A DNA stretch of 64,000 nt. It comes from Patescibacteria group bacterium (GTDB lineage: Bacteria > Patescibacteriota > Patescibacteriia > PEXW01). The stretch lies in assembly GCA_041671325.1 (NCBI GenBank), contig JBAZBR010000003.1, forward strand, positions 4,506 through 68,505, given 5' to 3'. The position numbers and the translations under genes are program-made. Under the pieces are notes generated by a model. The model ran no database searches. It was given only the letters and a program-made list of their open reading frames with translations, and had not been told where the DNA came from. Positions 48,596-58,974 of the stretch are shown piece by piece (positions within the stretch are counted from its first letter, which is position 1; every line of letters starts with the position of its first letter).

Positions 48596-49384
48596 ATGAA
48601 TGATTGGCAGGTTGTCGAAAACTTAAATGACATACCGTTAAACGACGTTCAAGGCGTGGTTGCGGATATTGATTATACTTTAGTCGATTTTGCGCCGGCC
48701 CATAAGGCTGGCATACAGGCATTGGCCAAAATGTTCAATCCACAATTAGCTGTAAAGGTTGATAAGTTATTTCATTTGATTTTAGAAGGGCATCGCAAAC
48801 CTAAACATGAAGTCTGGGCTGAGAGAGAGGAATTTGACCAACTTATGGAACAAATGAAAAAAATTGAGACGGTCGATAAAGAACATGATTTTAAGGTATG
48901 GAGTCGCGAGGCTTGGTTAATAATAGCTGCCCGTGAGCAAGGTTTACGGTTGACTACTAATTCTTTAGCTTTAGCACGAGATGCTTACTGGCAAACCGTT
49001 AGAAAAGATTCAAAGCTTTATCTAGACGCTAAAGAATTTACATCGGCTTTATCGAATCAGAATATACCTTTAGTGCTAATGACTGGCAGTGATTCCGTAC
49101 TAAGCTTGCAAGAAACGACCGGTAAACTGGTTTATGATCCAATTTTTTCCGAAACATATAAACGCCAAAGCCTGAAACAATTGCCAATAAGATATTCCGG
49201 CTTAGTTATTGGTGATCCAGCCGATAAACCCCACCCGAAGTTTTTTGATAAGCTCGAGAATGAATTGGCTAAATTGAAAATAAATCTCAAAAACACAATT
49301 TTTATTGGCGACTCCCCTCTTAACGATTTGACCGTGCCCTCGGAAAGGGGTTATAAGACTTATTACATTAATCGTAATAAGTAA
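48596..49384 (+). CDS. HAD-superfamily hydrolase
   Basis: motif I VVADIDYTLVDF (DxDxT); C-terminal GDSPLND. Confidence 0.5.
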   Translation: MNDWQVVENLNDIPLNDVQGVVADIDYTLVDFAPAHKAGIQALAKMFNPQLAVKVDKLFHLILEGHRKPKHEVWAEREEFDQLMEQMKKIETVDKEHDFKVWSREAWLIIAAREQGLRLTTNSLALARDAYWQTVRKDSKLYLDAKEFTSALSNQNIPLVLMTGSDSVLSLQETTGKLVYDPIFSETYKRQSLKQLPIRYSGLVIGDPADKPHPKFFDKLENELAKLKINLKNTIFIGDSPLNDLTVPSERGYKTYYINRNK

Positions 49385-49514
49385 TTGAGTAAGATAAAAT
49401 GCGGTGGGTGGATTTAAAAAATACCTCTGGAAAACCAGGCGTAGCATGATTTTCCGCCTTACTATTTATATTTAAAAAAACCCCACACCGACCGTAATCG
49501 GCATGGGGTAAAAG

Positions 49515-50198
49515 CTATACACTCAATAAGGGCTTTACCTCGCGAAGAACTAGAAATTTACTGTCAGACAAAATATAGTCGGTATTGAGAAACGAGAAGG
49601 CGAGTCCGTCTTTGTCAGCTTCCATAAGTGAAACTACCTGTTTGCCATTTTTTTCAAAGCGAACGCCGCAAACAGAACAGATATAATCCTTTTCGAGCTC
49701 TTCCGGAAACTGTTTAAAGAATGTTTCCGAAATGGGCCTATCGATTTCCAGAGCTTTTTGCTCTTTACAGATGGACAAGTGTTTCTCGATATTCATTCCC
49801 TTCTCGCACGGGATCAGCTCGACCGTTACTTCGAGGCTTCCGCTGAAGCGAATCGGAAACTGGTCAAATTCGAGGTCACTGTTAACATGTTGGTAGTTTT
49901 CTTTGGTGGGAAATCTCTTCCAACACTTCTGATCAAAATCGACGATGAATGTGAAGAACCTTCGATTGTCGACCAGTATGCCGCAAATAGCATCCGTGAT
50001 GTTTTTCTCTTTCAGGATTCGCCGAAGGTCATCATCACTTCCCCCGCGAGCGACAATACCATCAATAAGGGCCTTTAAGACCTCAAACCCAGTACCCGCT
50101 CCGCTTAGTATCCTACTTTTGTAAATCATAACCGATACTCCTTTGTATTTGGCATACCCCTTATCGCAGCCACTTTGGCGCGACTTAAGGCTTACCAA
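49515..50198 (-). CDS. hypothetical protein with CxxC pair
   Basis: 227 aa; YICSVCGVRF. Confidence 0.35.
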   Translation of the reverse strand: MVSLKSRQSGCDKGYAKYKGVSVMIYKSRILSGAGTGFEVLKALIDGIVARGGSDDDLRRILKEKNITDAICGILVDNRRFFTFIVDFDQKCWKRFPTKENYQHVNSDLEFDQFPIRFSGSLEVTVELIPCEKGMNIEKHLSICKEQKALEIDRPISETFFKQFPEELEKDYICSVCGVRFEKNGKQVVSLMEADKDGLAFSFLNTDYILSDSKFLVLREVKPLLSV

Positions 50199-50202
50199 TT
50201 TT

Positions 50203-50256
50203 GAGAACAGCCCTCTGGAGGCCTGTAAATTCAGGCCTATTCAGGAGGCTGTTCTC
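50203..50256. promoter_or_regulatory. long inverted repeat between divergent genes
   Basis: TTGAGAACAGCC ... GGCTGTTCTCAA 12-bp arms enclosing an AGGCCTG / CAGGCCT inner stem. Confidence 0.35.
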
Positions 50257-50457
50257 AAATCGGAGGGATGATATTGAAATTGCAAACTATTGTGGCATCG
50301 TCTAGTTCTACGCTTGTTTAATAAGTTGTCAAAGAGTTTAACCGGGCATAATATGCTATATATTAAAAAGTGTCTATAATTTTTCACAATGTTGTGATTT
50401 AGCAACAAAAATTGACATATTTATAGCGATAATGTATACTATATTTGTGAATTATCC

Positions 50458-51219
50458 GTGACAGATATGGAAATCTTTAAACAATTACAAAATCTTGGCT
50501 TCAGCTTGAATAAAGCTAAAACCTACCTAGCCTGCCTTGAATTGGGGTCAGCGCCGGCTTCGGTAATTGCCCAAAAAGCCGGGCTGGAGCGCACCACCAC
50601 ATACAAACTCCTGGAAGAACTGGCTTCTGAGCAACTGATTGACGAGGATGTGGCCACCAAAGTCAAAACCTACGTCACCCGCTCGCCAAAAGAATTACTC
50701 CAACATCTGCAGGAAAAGCAAAAAACAGCCGACAGCTTAATTCCTATCTTACTTGAACAGGTTCACAAATCCACGCCTCCGCCCCGCATCAGGTTTTATT
50801 CCGGCCTCCGGGGGATCAAACAAGTTTTCGAGGATGCACTGACTGTTGAAAAAAAGGTGGTATATACGTTCTCCCCCATTCAGAGCATTCTTGACCATTT
50901 CGGCCCGACCTATTCACGGCATTACCTGGCTCAGCGAAAAAAGCTTGGCATCACTCGGCAAGCCCTTCGGCAACTGTCGGATAAAAAAGAAATCCCCGGG
51001 ACGTGGGATTTGTTCGCTTCAGACGAGCGTACTGCCAGGGAAGTGCGGTTCTTGCCGAAAGGCATTACTTTCCAAAGTTTAATCCAGATTTATGATGAAA
51101 AAATTTCCTTTATCTCTTTCAGTGAGCGCTATTACGCTTTTATCATTGAAAACCAGGAGCTAGCGGACTTCATGAAGCAAATATTCCAGCTCTTGTGGCT
51201 TGGCGCCCAAAAAACATAG
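50458..51219 (+). CDS. TrmB-family transcriptional regulator
   Basis: N-terminal wHTH LNKAKTYLACLELGSAPASVIAQKAGLERTTTYKLLEEL. Confidence 0.7.
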   Translation: MTDMEIFKQLQNLGFSLNKAKTYLACLELGSAPASVIAQKAGLERTTTYKLLEELASEQLIDEDVATKVKTYVTRSPKELLQHLQEKQKTADSLIPILLEQVHKSTPPPRIRFYSGLRGIKQVFEDALTVEKKVVYTFSPIQSILDHFGPTYSRHYLAQRKKLGITRQALRQLSDKKEIPGTWDLFASDERTAREVRFLPKGITFQSLIQIYDEKISFISFSERYYAFIIENQELADFMKQIFQLLWLGAQKT

Positions 51220-51292
51220 CTTGCATGTTTAATTTCAAAAAAATTGAACTTTAAATATTTATGGAAAAAGTAATTATTAACTCTTTAAATTT

Positions 51293-51610
51293 ATGAAGCA
51301 ACAAAAAATCGTTGATGAATTTATGGCTGAAAGGGGTTGGCATAAATACCATACGCCCAAAGAATTGTTATTAGGAATGGTGGAAGAAATCGGCGAGTTC
51401 CGGAATATCATCAAGTGGTCTTTGGATGAAGAAACAGTCAAGAAAAAAATTATGGAAAATCACGCTGAGGTCGAGAATTTTTTTGGGGATATGCTTTGGG
51501 AATTGTCATCCTTGGCCAATTATTGCCAAGTGGATTTGTCAGACGCCCTGGACAAAGTCATTGAAGAGCACAAGACCAGGTTTCCAGTGAAAACCAATCA
51601 GTACAAATAG
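51293..51610 (+). CDS. MazG-like nucleotide pyrophosphohydrolase
   Basis: FMAERGWHKYHTPKELLLGMVEEIGEF. Confidence 0.7.
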   Translation: MKQQKIVDEFMAERGWHKYHTPKELLLGMVEEIGEFRNIIKWSLDEETVKKKIMENHAEVENFFGDMLWELSSLANYCQVDLSDALDKVIEEHKTRFPVKTNQYK

Positions 51611-51616
51611 TTTGAC

Positions 51617-52450
51617 TTATTTTAGTATTTGTGAAAAAAGTAATTTTAATTTGTTGAAGTTGGTCAAGTAGCTAAAGCAAGCGCAAATTTTAAAATAAAT
51701 TATCTTAAGGGGATTATATTTAGGTAATTTCAAAATTTTTGTTTCGGCTAAAAATTGTATTTTATTAAGATACCCCCTTTTTAATAACTCATTTAAAATA
51801 TCTTGAGTTTGAATTATATGAATTTGTCTAGATTTTGCATATTCAATCATACTTTTATCCTCAGTCATAATACCTAACGAAAATATATCGCTTATTGCTA
51901 AGTGGGTCTGATCTATTAGCGAAAGCGCTTTCAAATTATTTTTTGAACAATAATCAGAGAATATTGTTGAGTTAATTTTAAGGTGTTCTGAGGTATCTAC
52001 ATCAAATCTTAAACAACCGTATTTTTTCCCTTCAATCAACAAACTTTGTCCTTCATATGACGAAGAGATGCTATACATGAGATCAATAAGAAAATAGTAT
52101 CGAATTAATTCTGATTCTTTTAAAATATTAAAATTTCCAATTGGTCTATCGTTTTTAATTTCTTTTGATTCATTGTCTTCAAATTCTCCCAGTGTTACTG
52201 ATGCCGGGGTAATTGTGTTTATATATTCTTTCCAAAAATAATGAGGCATTTCATTAGACCCGAATTTTGTGATAACAATTTGATTTTTGTAAGCCTCAAA
52301 AATATATCGTAGTCTATTTTGTTTTCTAAAACGTTCAGCCAAACTATTGTCTAGAATAAAATATTCTCGCATATTAGAATAATCCCTCGGGTCATATATT
52401 TTTTCAGATTCAGGGATATCTACATGCGAATATTGAGTTTTTATAGTCAT
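51617..52450 (-). CDS. hypothetical protein (very AT-rich)
   Basis: 277 aa ORF directly downstream of tRNA-Gly on the same strand. Confidence 0.4.
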   Translation of the reverse strand: MTIKTQYSHVDIPESEKIYDPRDYSNMREYFILDNSLAERFRKQNRLRYIFEAYKNQIVITKFGSNEMPHYFWKEYINTITPASVTLGEFEDNESKEIKNDRPIGNFNILKESELIRYYFLIDLMYSISSSYEGQSLLIEGKKYGCLRFDVDTSEHLKINSTIFSDYCSKNNLKALSLIDQTHLAISDIFSLGIMTEDKSMIEYAKSRQIHIIQTQDILNELLKRGYLNKIQFLAETKILKLPKYNPLKIIYFKICACFSYLTNFNKLKLLFSQILK

Positions 52451-52684
52451 CTAGAAGTATTATTTAACTAAAAATGTTTATTATATAATTTTCAATACAA
52501 AAAGCTTCTATGTTATACACGGAGAGGAAACTCACTGCCGCCCTTTGATTCCCTAAGGGGTCCCACGAATGTGGAGCGCACGAACGAAGTGAGGAGCACG
52601 CATTCGTGGGTGAAGCGAGCTGCGCCTGGAACCTGCAGTGGACAAGCCTGCGCGTTCACGGAAGGTGAAAGGCGCATACGCGCG

Positions 52685-52758
52685 TGGAGCGGGTAGGGGG
52701 AATCGAACCCCCGGCAACAGCTTGGAAAGCTGTGGTATTACCATTATACGATACCCGC
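52685..52758 (-). tRNA. tRNA-Gly (anticodon TCC)
   Basis: reverse-complement cloverleaf: acceptor GCGGGTA/TACCCGC, anticodon loop TTTCCAA, T-arm GGGGG-TTCGATT-CCCCC, CCA. Confidence 0.8.
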
Positions 52759-52907
52759 ATGGTCAATTTAATTTCTCTCATAAAAGACTGTAGAAGTCAA
52801 TTTTTAGAAAAAACAATCTTTATTTTTTTACCTAAAGACGTTTTTGGGTTTTTGTTAAGAAAATGCTATAATTTTTATGTTAAAAGCCAACATTTTAAAA
52901 TAAAACA

Positions 52908-54563
52908 ATGATAAAGGAGGACCAAAAAATTATCGATATCTTGCTTCGGGAAAGCTATATTACCGAAGAGGATGTTAAGAAAGCCCAAACTTACGCCAAA
53001 GACAATAATGCTTCAATGGCGGATTATTTAATTTTGGAAGATATCATCACCAAGGACCTGCTGGGCCAGGCAATTGCCGAAGCTTTTAAGGTCAGATATG
53101 CAGACTTGAATTCCTATCCTCCCAGCCGTGAACAGGTGATAGTTATTCCGGAAGAATTAGCCAAGAAGCTTCGGGTGGTTTTGTTTTCCGAAGGCAAGAA
53201 AGAAGTGATTATCAGCACCGATAATCCAGCGCAACCAGGGTTGGTAATAAAATTACAACCCATATTCCCGAAAAAGAAAGTGATCATAAATTATTCATTA
53301 ACAGAAGACATTGACCAAACTTTCGCGCATTACCGCAAGCCCTTAGGCACCCGGTTCACGGAAATAATCTCTGCCAAAAAACAAGTCGCACCAGAACTTT
53401 TAGAAGCTATTATCGGTGAAGCCCTGACTTACCGGGCTTCGGATGTGCATTTTGACCCGCAGGAAAAAGACGTGGTCATCCGTTTCCGGATTGACGGGGT
53501 TTTGCATGAGGCTGGCCGGATTCCAAAGCTTATTTTTGAGAACATCCTTAACCGGGTAAAAGTCCAAGGCCACTTGCGCATTGATGAACATTTTTCTACC
53601 CAAGACGGAGCTATGCGCTTTTTGTACAGGAATAAACCAATCGATTTGCGGATTTCCATTGCCCCAACCCTGGACGGTGAAAAAATTGTCTTAAGAATTT
53701 TGGCCGAATATGTCAAAAATTTTACCTTGACTGATTTGGGCGTCGCTTCCAAAGATTTAGGCAAAGTTTTTGAAGCCATCCAAAAGCCTTTTGGCATGAT
53801 TATTGTCACTGGCCCGACTGGCGCTGGTAAAACTACCACGCTGTATGGCGTGCTGCACATGTTGAACCGGCCAGAAGTGAATATTGCCACTATTGAAGAT
53901 CCAGTTGAGTACAAGGTTATAGGCTTAAACCAAATCCAGGTAAACGAGCTTACCAATTTAACTTTTGCCAAAGGCTTGCGCTCAATCGCCAGGCAAGACC
54001 CAGACATCATTATGGTTGGCGAAATCCGCGACCGGGAAACCGCGGAAATCAGCGTCAATGCCGCCCTGACTGGCCACCTCTTATTATCGACCTTTCACGC
54101 TAATGACGCAGCCACGGCCATTCCCCGCTTGATTGAAATGGGTATTGAGCCGTTTTTACTGGCTTCAACCTTGGAACTATTAGTTGCCCAAAGATTAGCC
54201 AGAAAACTTTGCGAAAATTGCCGTTATAGCATTACCTATCCTAGGCGAGATTTAGACAAACTTTTGCCAAATTCAGAATTTTGGTTACCAGGCAAAAGCG
54301 CCACGCTTTACCGATCCAAGGGCTGTAAGAATTGCAGCGGCACTGGCTACAAAGGTCGGGTCGGTATATTTGAATTCATCACCATAAACCGGAATTTGAA
54401 GAATTTAATCAACCAAAGGCCCAATAGTCAGGAAGTTTGGGCAATTGCCAAACAAAATGGCGCAAAAAGTTTATTTGAAGATGGCATGGAGAAAGTAAAA
54501 AGCGGCGCGACTTCTTTAGAGGAACTGCTTCGAGTGGCCACCCCACCAGAGGTAAATAAATAA
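52908..54563 (+). CDS. pilB: type IV pilus assembly ATPase PilB (GspE family)
   Basis: Walker A GPTGAGKTTT; GspE box VIGLNQIQVNELTNLTFAKGLRSIARQDPDIIMVGEIRD; tetracysteine CENC ... CKNC. Confidence 0.9.
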   Translation: MIKEDQKIIDILLRESYITEEDVKKAQTYAKDNNASMADYLILEDIITKDLLGQAIAEAFKVRYADLNSYPPSREQVIVIPEELAKKLRVVLFSEGKKEVIISTDNPAQPGLVIKLQPIFPKKKVIINYSLTEDIDQTFAHYRKPLGTRFTEIISAKKQVAPELLEAIIGEALTYRASDVHFDPQEKDVVIRFRIDGVLHEAGRIPKLIFENILNRVKVQGHLRIDEHFSTQDGAMRFLYRNKPIDLRISIAPTLDGEKIVLRILAEYVKNFTLTDLGVASKDLGKVFEAIQKPFGMIIVTGPTGAGKTTTLYGVLHMLNRPEVNIATIEDPVEYKVIGLNQIQVNELTNLTFAKGLRSIARQDPDIIMVGEIRDRETAEISVNAALTGHLLLSTFHANDAATAIPRLIEMGIEPFLLASTLELLVAQRLARKLCENCRYSITYPRRDLDKLLPNSEFWLPGKSATLYRSKGCKNCSGTGYKGRVGIFEFITINRNLKNLINQRPNSQEVWAIAKQNGAKSLFEDGMEKVKSGATSLEELLRVATPPEVNK

Positions 54564-54568
54564 TTTCC

Positions 54569-55678
54569 ATGGCGACAACCAAAACTAAAAAACCTGATCC
54601 AAGCGAAAAGCGGAACCTTTTTGGCTTAGGTTTTTCTAAAGACCGGGAATATGTTTTGGAAAACTTGGCTATGCTTCTAAGCGCAGGCATGGATGTCTTG
54701 TCAGCTCTTGATTCCTTAAAGCATGAGATTGGTTCAAGTAAGATGAAAAAAATCCTGGCCGAATTGGAATTTAAAATTTCCGATGGCTCGGCTCTGTGGC
54801 GCGCATTAGAACCAAGCAAACTATTGCCCAGTTACATGTTATCCTTAGTCAGGACCGGCGAAGAAAGCGGGCGTTTAACGGAAAATCTAAAAGTCTTGGT
54901 CAACCAACAAGTTAAAGATCGGGAATTCAAGTCCAAATTGAAATCAGCCATGGTTTATCCGGGTATTGTTTTTGGTTTGACCGTGGTTATAGGTTTGGGC
55001 GTGGCCTGGTTTATTTTGCCAAAACTTTCCGTGGTGTTTGCTTCCTTAAACCAAACTATGCCCTGGATCACCAAGGTCTTTATAAATTTTGGTTCGACTT
55101 TAAAGACCAACGGCGTGTTTATCGTTCCCGCGATAATTATCCTGCTTGTCTTTTTGGTTTACATTTTGTTCATTAATTACAAGACCAAACACTTGGGACA
55201 AGAAGTTTTTTTCCATTTCCCGGGCATCAGGCGCTTAATCCAAGAAGTAGAAATTTCCAGGTTCGGCTTTATTTTAGGAACTTTGTTAGATTCTGGTATC
55301 CCAGTTATTGAATCGATTAATTCTTTGCGGCAAGCCACAACTTTGGTCGCCTACCAAAAATTCTATGAGCATATTAAGCACAATATAGAGCAGGGTAATT
55401 CTTTTAAAACCAGCTTTGAAACTTTTAAAGGTAGCCGCCGGCTATTACCCTCGCCTTACCAACAATTAATCGTCAGCGGTGAAAAGTCTGGTCGGCTGTC
55501 AGAATCTCTCCAGTACATTGGCAAAATTTTTGATAATAAAATTGAAAACAGTAGTAAAAATATAGCCGTGATTTTGGAGCCTGTCCTCTTAGTCATTGTT
55601 TGGTTAGGGGTCGTAGCCGTAGCTGTGGCCGTCATTTTGCCAATTTATAACATGCTGGGAAATTTCAACACTACTTAA
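54569..55678 (+). CDS. pilC: type IV pilus platform protein PilC (GspF family)
   Basis: two T2SSF repeats, 3 TM segments. Confidence 0.85.
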   Translation: MATTKTKKPDPSEKRNLFGLGFSKDREYVLENLAMLLSAGMDVLSALDSLKHEIGSSKMKKILAELEFKISDGSALWRALEPSKLLPSYMLSLVRTGEESGRLTENLKVLVNQQVKDREFKSKLKSAMVYPGIVFGLTVVIGLGVAWFILPKLSVVFASLNQTMPWITKVFINFGSTLKTNGVFIVPAIIILLVFLVYILFINYKTKHLGQEVFFHFPGIRRLIQEVEISRFGFILGTLLDSGIPVIESINSLRQATTLVAYQKFYEHIKHNIEQGNSFKTSFETFKGSRRLLPSPYQQLIVSGEKSGRLSESLQYIGKIFDNKIENSSKNIAVILEPVLLVIVWLGVVAVAVAVILPIYNMLGNFNTT

Positions 55679-55762
55679 AAAATGGCTGAAAAAAAATTTT
55701 AAAAAAATCGACCAAAGGCTTTACCCCGTTCCACTTTTCACAAAAATATTTCAAATTCAATA

Positions 55763-56248
55763 ATGATCGGCGAACGAAAAAAAACCAATAATCATCAGAA
55801 TAGACCTTTTTTGAAAAGTGGAACGGGGTTTACGCTATTAGAGGTATTGTTATCAATCGCCATAATCGGGGTTTTAGCCGCTACTGGCGTGCCAATTTAC
55901 CAGTCTTTGCAAAACCGGAATGATTTAGATATTGCTGCCACCAGTTTGGCTCAAGCTTTAAGGCGAGCGCAAACTTTGTCCCAAGCCGTAGACGGTGACA
56001 GCAATTGGGGCGTTAGTATCCAAGCCGGAAACATAATTTTATTCCAAGGGATTTCTTACGCTACCCGGAATTCTAATTTTGATGAAACCACCTCGATTTC
56101 CCCGACCATAAATTTAAGCGGTTTTAATGAAGTAGTTTTTAGCAAATTTTCAGGCTTGCCCATTTCTATTGGGAGCTTGACCTTAACTTCCTTGAATAAT
56201 GAAACCAGGACGCTCAGTATCAACACTAAAGGCACGGTCATTTATTAA
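55763..56248 (+). CDS. prepilin-type minor pilin
   Basis: class III signal: basic leader then GFTLLEVLLSIAIIGVLAA. Confidence 0.7.
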   Translation: MIGERKKTNNHQNRPFLKSGTGFTLLEVLLSIAIIGVLAATGVPIYQSLQNRNDLDIAATSLAQALRRAQTLSQAVDGDSNWGVSIQAGNIILFQGISYATRNSNFDETTSISPTINLSGFNEVVFSKFSGLPISIGSLTLTSLNNETRTLSINTKGTVIY

Positions 56249-57968
56249 AAAGGGTTTTTCCTTGGTTGAGATAATTTTGGCCGCCTCTATTTTTGCGCTT
56301 TTAGTCACAGTTTTTGTGGGCGCTTTTATTTTTGCCAGGGAAAGTACGGCTTTAGCCGGATCACGCGCTCGGGCGGTCTTAATTGCTGAAGAAGGTTTGG
56401 AAGCTACCCGGAATATCCGAGATGGTGATTTCGCAAGCTTAACTGATGGCAACCATGGTTTGGATAATTCTTCAAATAATTGGAATTTTAACAGCACCTC
56501 GGATGTCAGCGATGTTTTTACCCGCCAAATTGCCATTTCAACCATTGATGCTAACACTAAACAAGTCGTGGCTAATGTCACTTGGCAGCAAAACGCGCAG
56601 AGAACTGGTTCAGTAGCATTGACTACGCGTCTGACCAATTGGTTGTCAGCAGTAAGTACGCTGACTGGCGGCCTACTTTTTTATGGTGATGGTACAACCA
56701 CGCCAAAATATAGGGCTTATGATAGTTCCGCAAATACCTTTGGCACTGAAACAGGATCTGCAATTTCAGCTTCTGGCCAAACCTTTGTTATGCGCGTGTC
56801 ACCCACCAAAACCGAAGCCATTGCCGGCTATGTCACCTCAACTGGGGTGTTGAATGTCATGTGCTTTAATGGTTTAACCTGGAGCCAAGAATGGACAGCC
56901 AACGTTGGCGGCACTGGCACCACCCGTCGGTTTGATATTGCTTACGAAACTACGACAGGTGATGTTATGGTTTTATACAGTACTAACACTGCAACAACAA
57001 ATGAGCTGGCTTATCGAAGTAAGCCCGGAAATGCTGGCTGTCGAACTGCATGGTCAGGTCCTACTAACTTGGATCCAATTAGGACCTCTGGAATTGTCCA
57101 ATGGGTAAAAATGGCCTGGGACAGGCGGGCAGGTCAAAATTTAATCACTGCCATTTGGGCCGATGCCAACTCTGACTTATCAGCCATGGTTTGGAGCGGC
57201 TCAGCCTGGGGAAATGAACCAAGCACAGCCATGACAACAACTTTGGAGGTCATTGCCACTGCTCAAGACGTTGAGGATTTTGATGTGGAATATGAATCTT
57301 TATCTGGTGACCTAATGGTGGTTTGGTCAAATGTTGGTGGGGCTAATGTCAATACCGTTCGCTATCGTATTTGCACCGGCGGATTACCGGCGTGTACTTG
57401 GAGTGCCATAACTACGCCGCCAACCTTTCGCGACGATGCAACCAACTTGGATATTTCTGTCAATCCCAATACTGATGAAATTGTTTTTGCTTCCATTGGC
57501 AATGCCCAAAGCGATTTGCAATTGGGTTATTGGAGTGGTTCAGCTTGGACTAACACAGCCAATACTGATACTTCTTGTAACACGCCGATTACCGGATCCA
57601 AATTGGTTTCCACTGGCTGGCTGATTTCCGGCGCTACTACTCGTTCAGTGGTGGTTTACCAAGACCAAGGTTCAAATAACGTTGATTGGTATGTGGGCAA
57701 TGCCGGAACCTTCACTAAACAAACCGATGCTGCGGTTTCGCCAAGCCCGGCTAACCCAAAGGGCTATTTGGATATTCAAATGAATCCTTTAAGTGAAGAC
57801 CAGCTAATGTATGTAATTTCGGATAATGCTAATGACCTCTTTGCCAAGCGATTGGCCATGACTGCGGTTCCAGCCTTTACTTGGACAAACTCTGATGGTA
57901 CTGCCTTAGAAACTACTTTGCCGCAAAAAATTAATAGCCCATTCGCCTTTGCTTATTGGAGACAATAA
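56199..57968 (+). CDS. large (589 aa) prepilin-type protein
   Basis: KKGFSLVEIILAASIFALLV prepilin N-terminus; T/S/N-rich beta domain; 50-nt overlap with previous gene. Confidence 0.6.
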   Translation: MKPGRSVSTLKARSFIKKGFSLVEIILAASIFALLVTVFVGAFIFARESTALAGSRARAVLIAEEGLEATRNIRDGDFASLTDGNHGLDNSSNNWNFNSTSDVSDVFTRQIAISTIDANTKQVVANVTWQQNAQRTGSVALTTRLTNWLSAVSTLTGGLLFYGDGTTTPKYRAYDSSANTFGTETGSAISASGQTFVMRVSPTKTEAIAGYVTSTGVLNVMCFNGLTWSQEWTANVGGTGTTRRFDIAYETTTGDVMVLYSTNTATTNELAYRSKPGNAGCRTAWSGPTNLDPIRTSGIVQWVKMAWDRRAGQNLITAIWADANSDLSAMVWSGSAWGNEPSTAMTTTLEVIATAQDVEDFDVEYESLSGDLMVVWSNVGGANVNTVRYRICTGGLPACTWSAITTPPTFRDDATNLDISVNPNTDEIVFASIGNAQSDLQLGYWSGSAWTNTANTDTSCNTPITGSKLVSTGWLISGATTRSVVVYQDQGSNNVDWYVGNAGTFTKQTDAAVSPSPANPKGYLDIQMNPLSEDQLMYVISDNANDLFAKRLAMTAVPAFTWTNSDGTALETTLPQKINSPFAFAYWRQ

Positions 57969-57975
57969 TAAAGTT

Positions 57976-58500
57976 ATGAGAATTATTTCAAGGAAAAAAT
58001 CAGGATTTACCCTAATTGAATTACTTTTGTATATTTCCATGATTTCAGTGGTGGTTTTTATTATTTCTAGTTTTATGTTCTTAATCCTGCAAGCCAGGAT
58101 CAAAAACCAGACGATTGCCGAAGTTGAGCAACAAGGTTCACAAGTTATGCAAATAATTACCCAAACCATCAGGAATGCTACGGGCATCACCGCGCCCAGC
58201 GCTATAGGCATAGAAGCTACAGGCGCTACCCTAACCGTACCAACCCCGGCTAACAGTCCCACGATTTTCAGCCGTGACAATTCAACCCAGCAAATCATAA
58301 TGAAAGAGGGTTCAGCGGCTGCTGTCGCTTTGACCAATACGCGGGTGACAGTGAATGGTTTGACCTTTTTGAATAATTCCCGAAGTTCGACTTCCAGGAT
58401 TCTCCAAGTTAGCATTACTCTGTCCGCGGTCAACCCCAATAACCGGAATGAGTATGAATATTCCAAAACCTTTATTTCTTCCGCGCAATTAAGACCTTAA
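57976..58500 (+). CDS. prepilin-type minor pilin (start at internal MRIISRKK)
   Basis: RKKSGFTLIELLLYISMISVVVF. Confidence 0.6.
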   Translation: MRIISRKKSGFTLIELLLYISMISVVVFIISSFMFLILQARIKNQTIAEVEQQGSQVMQIITQTIRNATGITAPSAIGIEATGATLTVPTPANSPTIFSRDNSTQQIIMKEGSAAAVALTNTRVTVNGLTFLNNSRSSTSRILQVSITLSAVNPNNRNEYEYSKTFISSAQLRP

Positions 58501-58503
58501 ACC

Positions 58504-58911
58504 ATGTATCGATTGGACAAAAAAAATCAGACCCCCGGATATATAGCCTTAATTAGCATTTTAATTCTGGGTGCAGTTGGCGTGGCCGTGGCAGTGTCTG
58601 TGCTATTAATGGGTTTAAATAATTCAAAAACCAGTTTTGCGGTTGAACAATCAAACCAGAGCAAAGCCCTGGCTAATGCTTGTGCTGAAACTGCTTTGCA
58701 ACAGATTAAAAATTTGAATTCCTACTCTGGCACGGGCAATTTAAGCACAAGTCAGGGTAATTGCGCTTACACGGTTACTAATACTGGGGGCCAAAACCGG
58801 ACGGTTACAGCTTCTGGTACGGTGGGAACAATAATCAGGAAAATATCAATCAGCATTTCTGCAATTACTCCCACAATAGCCATTTCTTCTTGGCAAGAAG
58901 TGGCAAATTAG
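58504..58911 (+). CDS. pilin-like protein with N-terminal hydrophobic helix (PilX-like?)
   Basis: GYIALISILILGAVGVAVAVSVLL; no clear G-F/E cleavage motif. Confidence 0.4.
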   Translation: MYRLDKKNQTPGYIALISILILGAVGVAVAVSVLLMGLNNSKTSFAVEQSNQSKALANACAETALQQIKNLNSYSGTGNLSTSQGNCAYTVTNTGGQNRTVTASGTVGTIIRKISISISAITPTIAISSWQEVAN

Positions 58912-58974
58912 CCGTTAATATGTTATAGTGCATTTAAACTTTACCAAATTTATTCATTAATATAAGTAAAAAAT

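Noticed and set aside
52553-52684. Tested whether the GC-rich block beside tRNA-Gly is a second tRNA or tmRNA end
   Set aside because: No T-loop (GTTCRANYC) or acceptor/CCA architecture on either strand. Retained only as an unexplained structured element in the findings.
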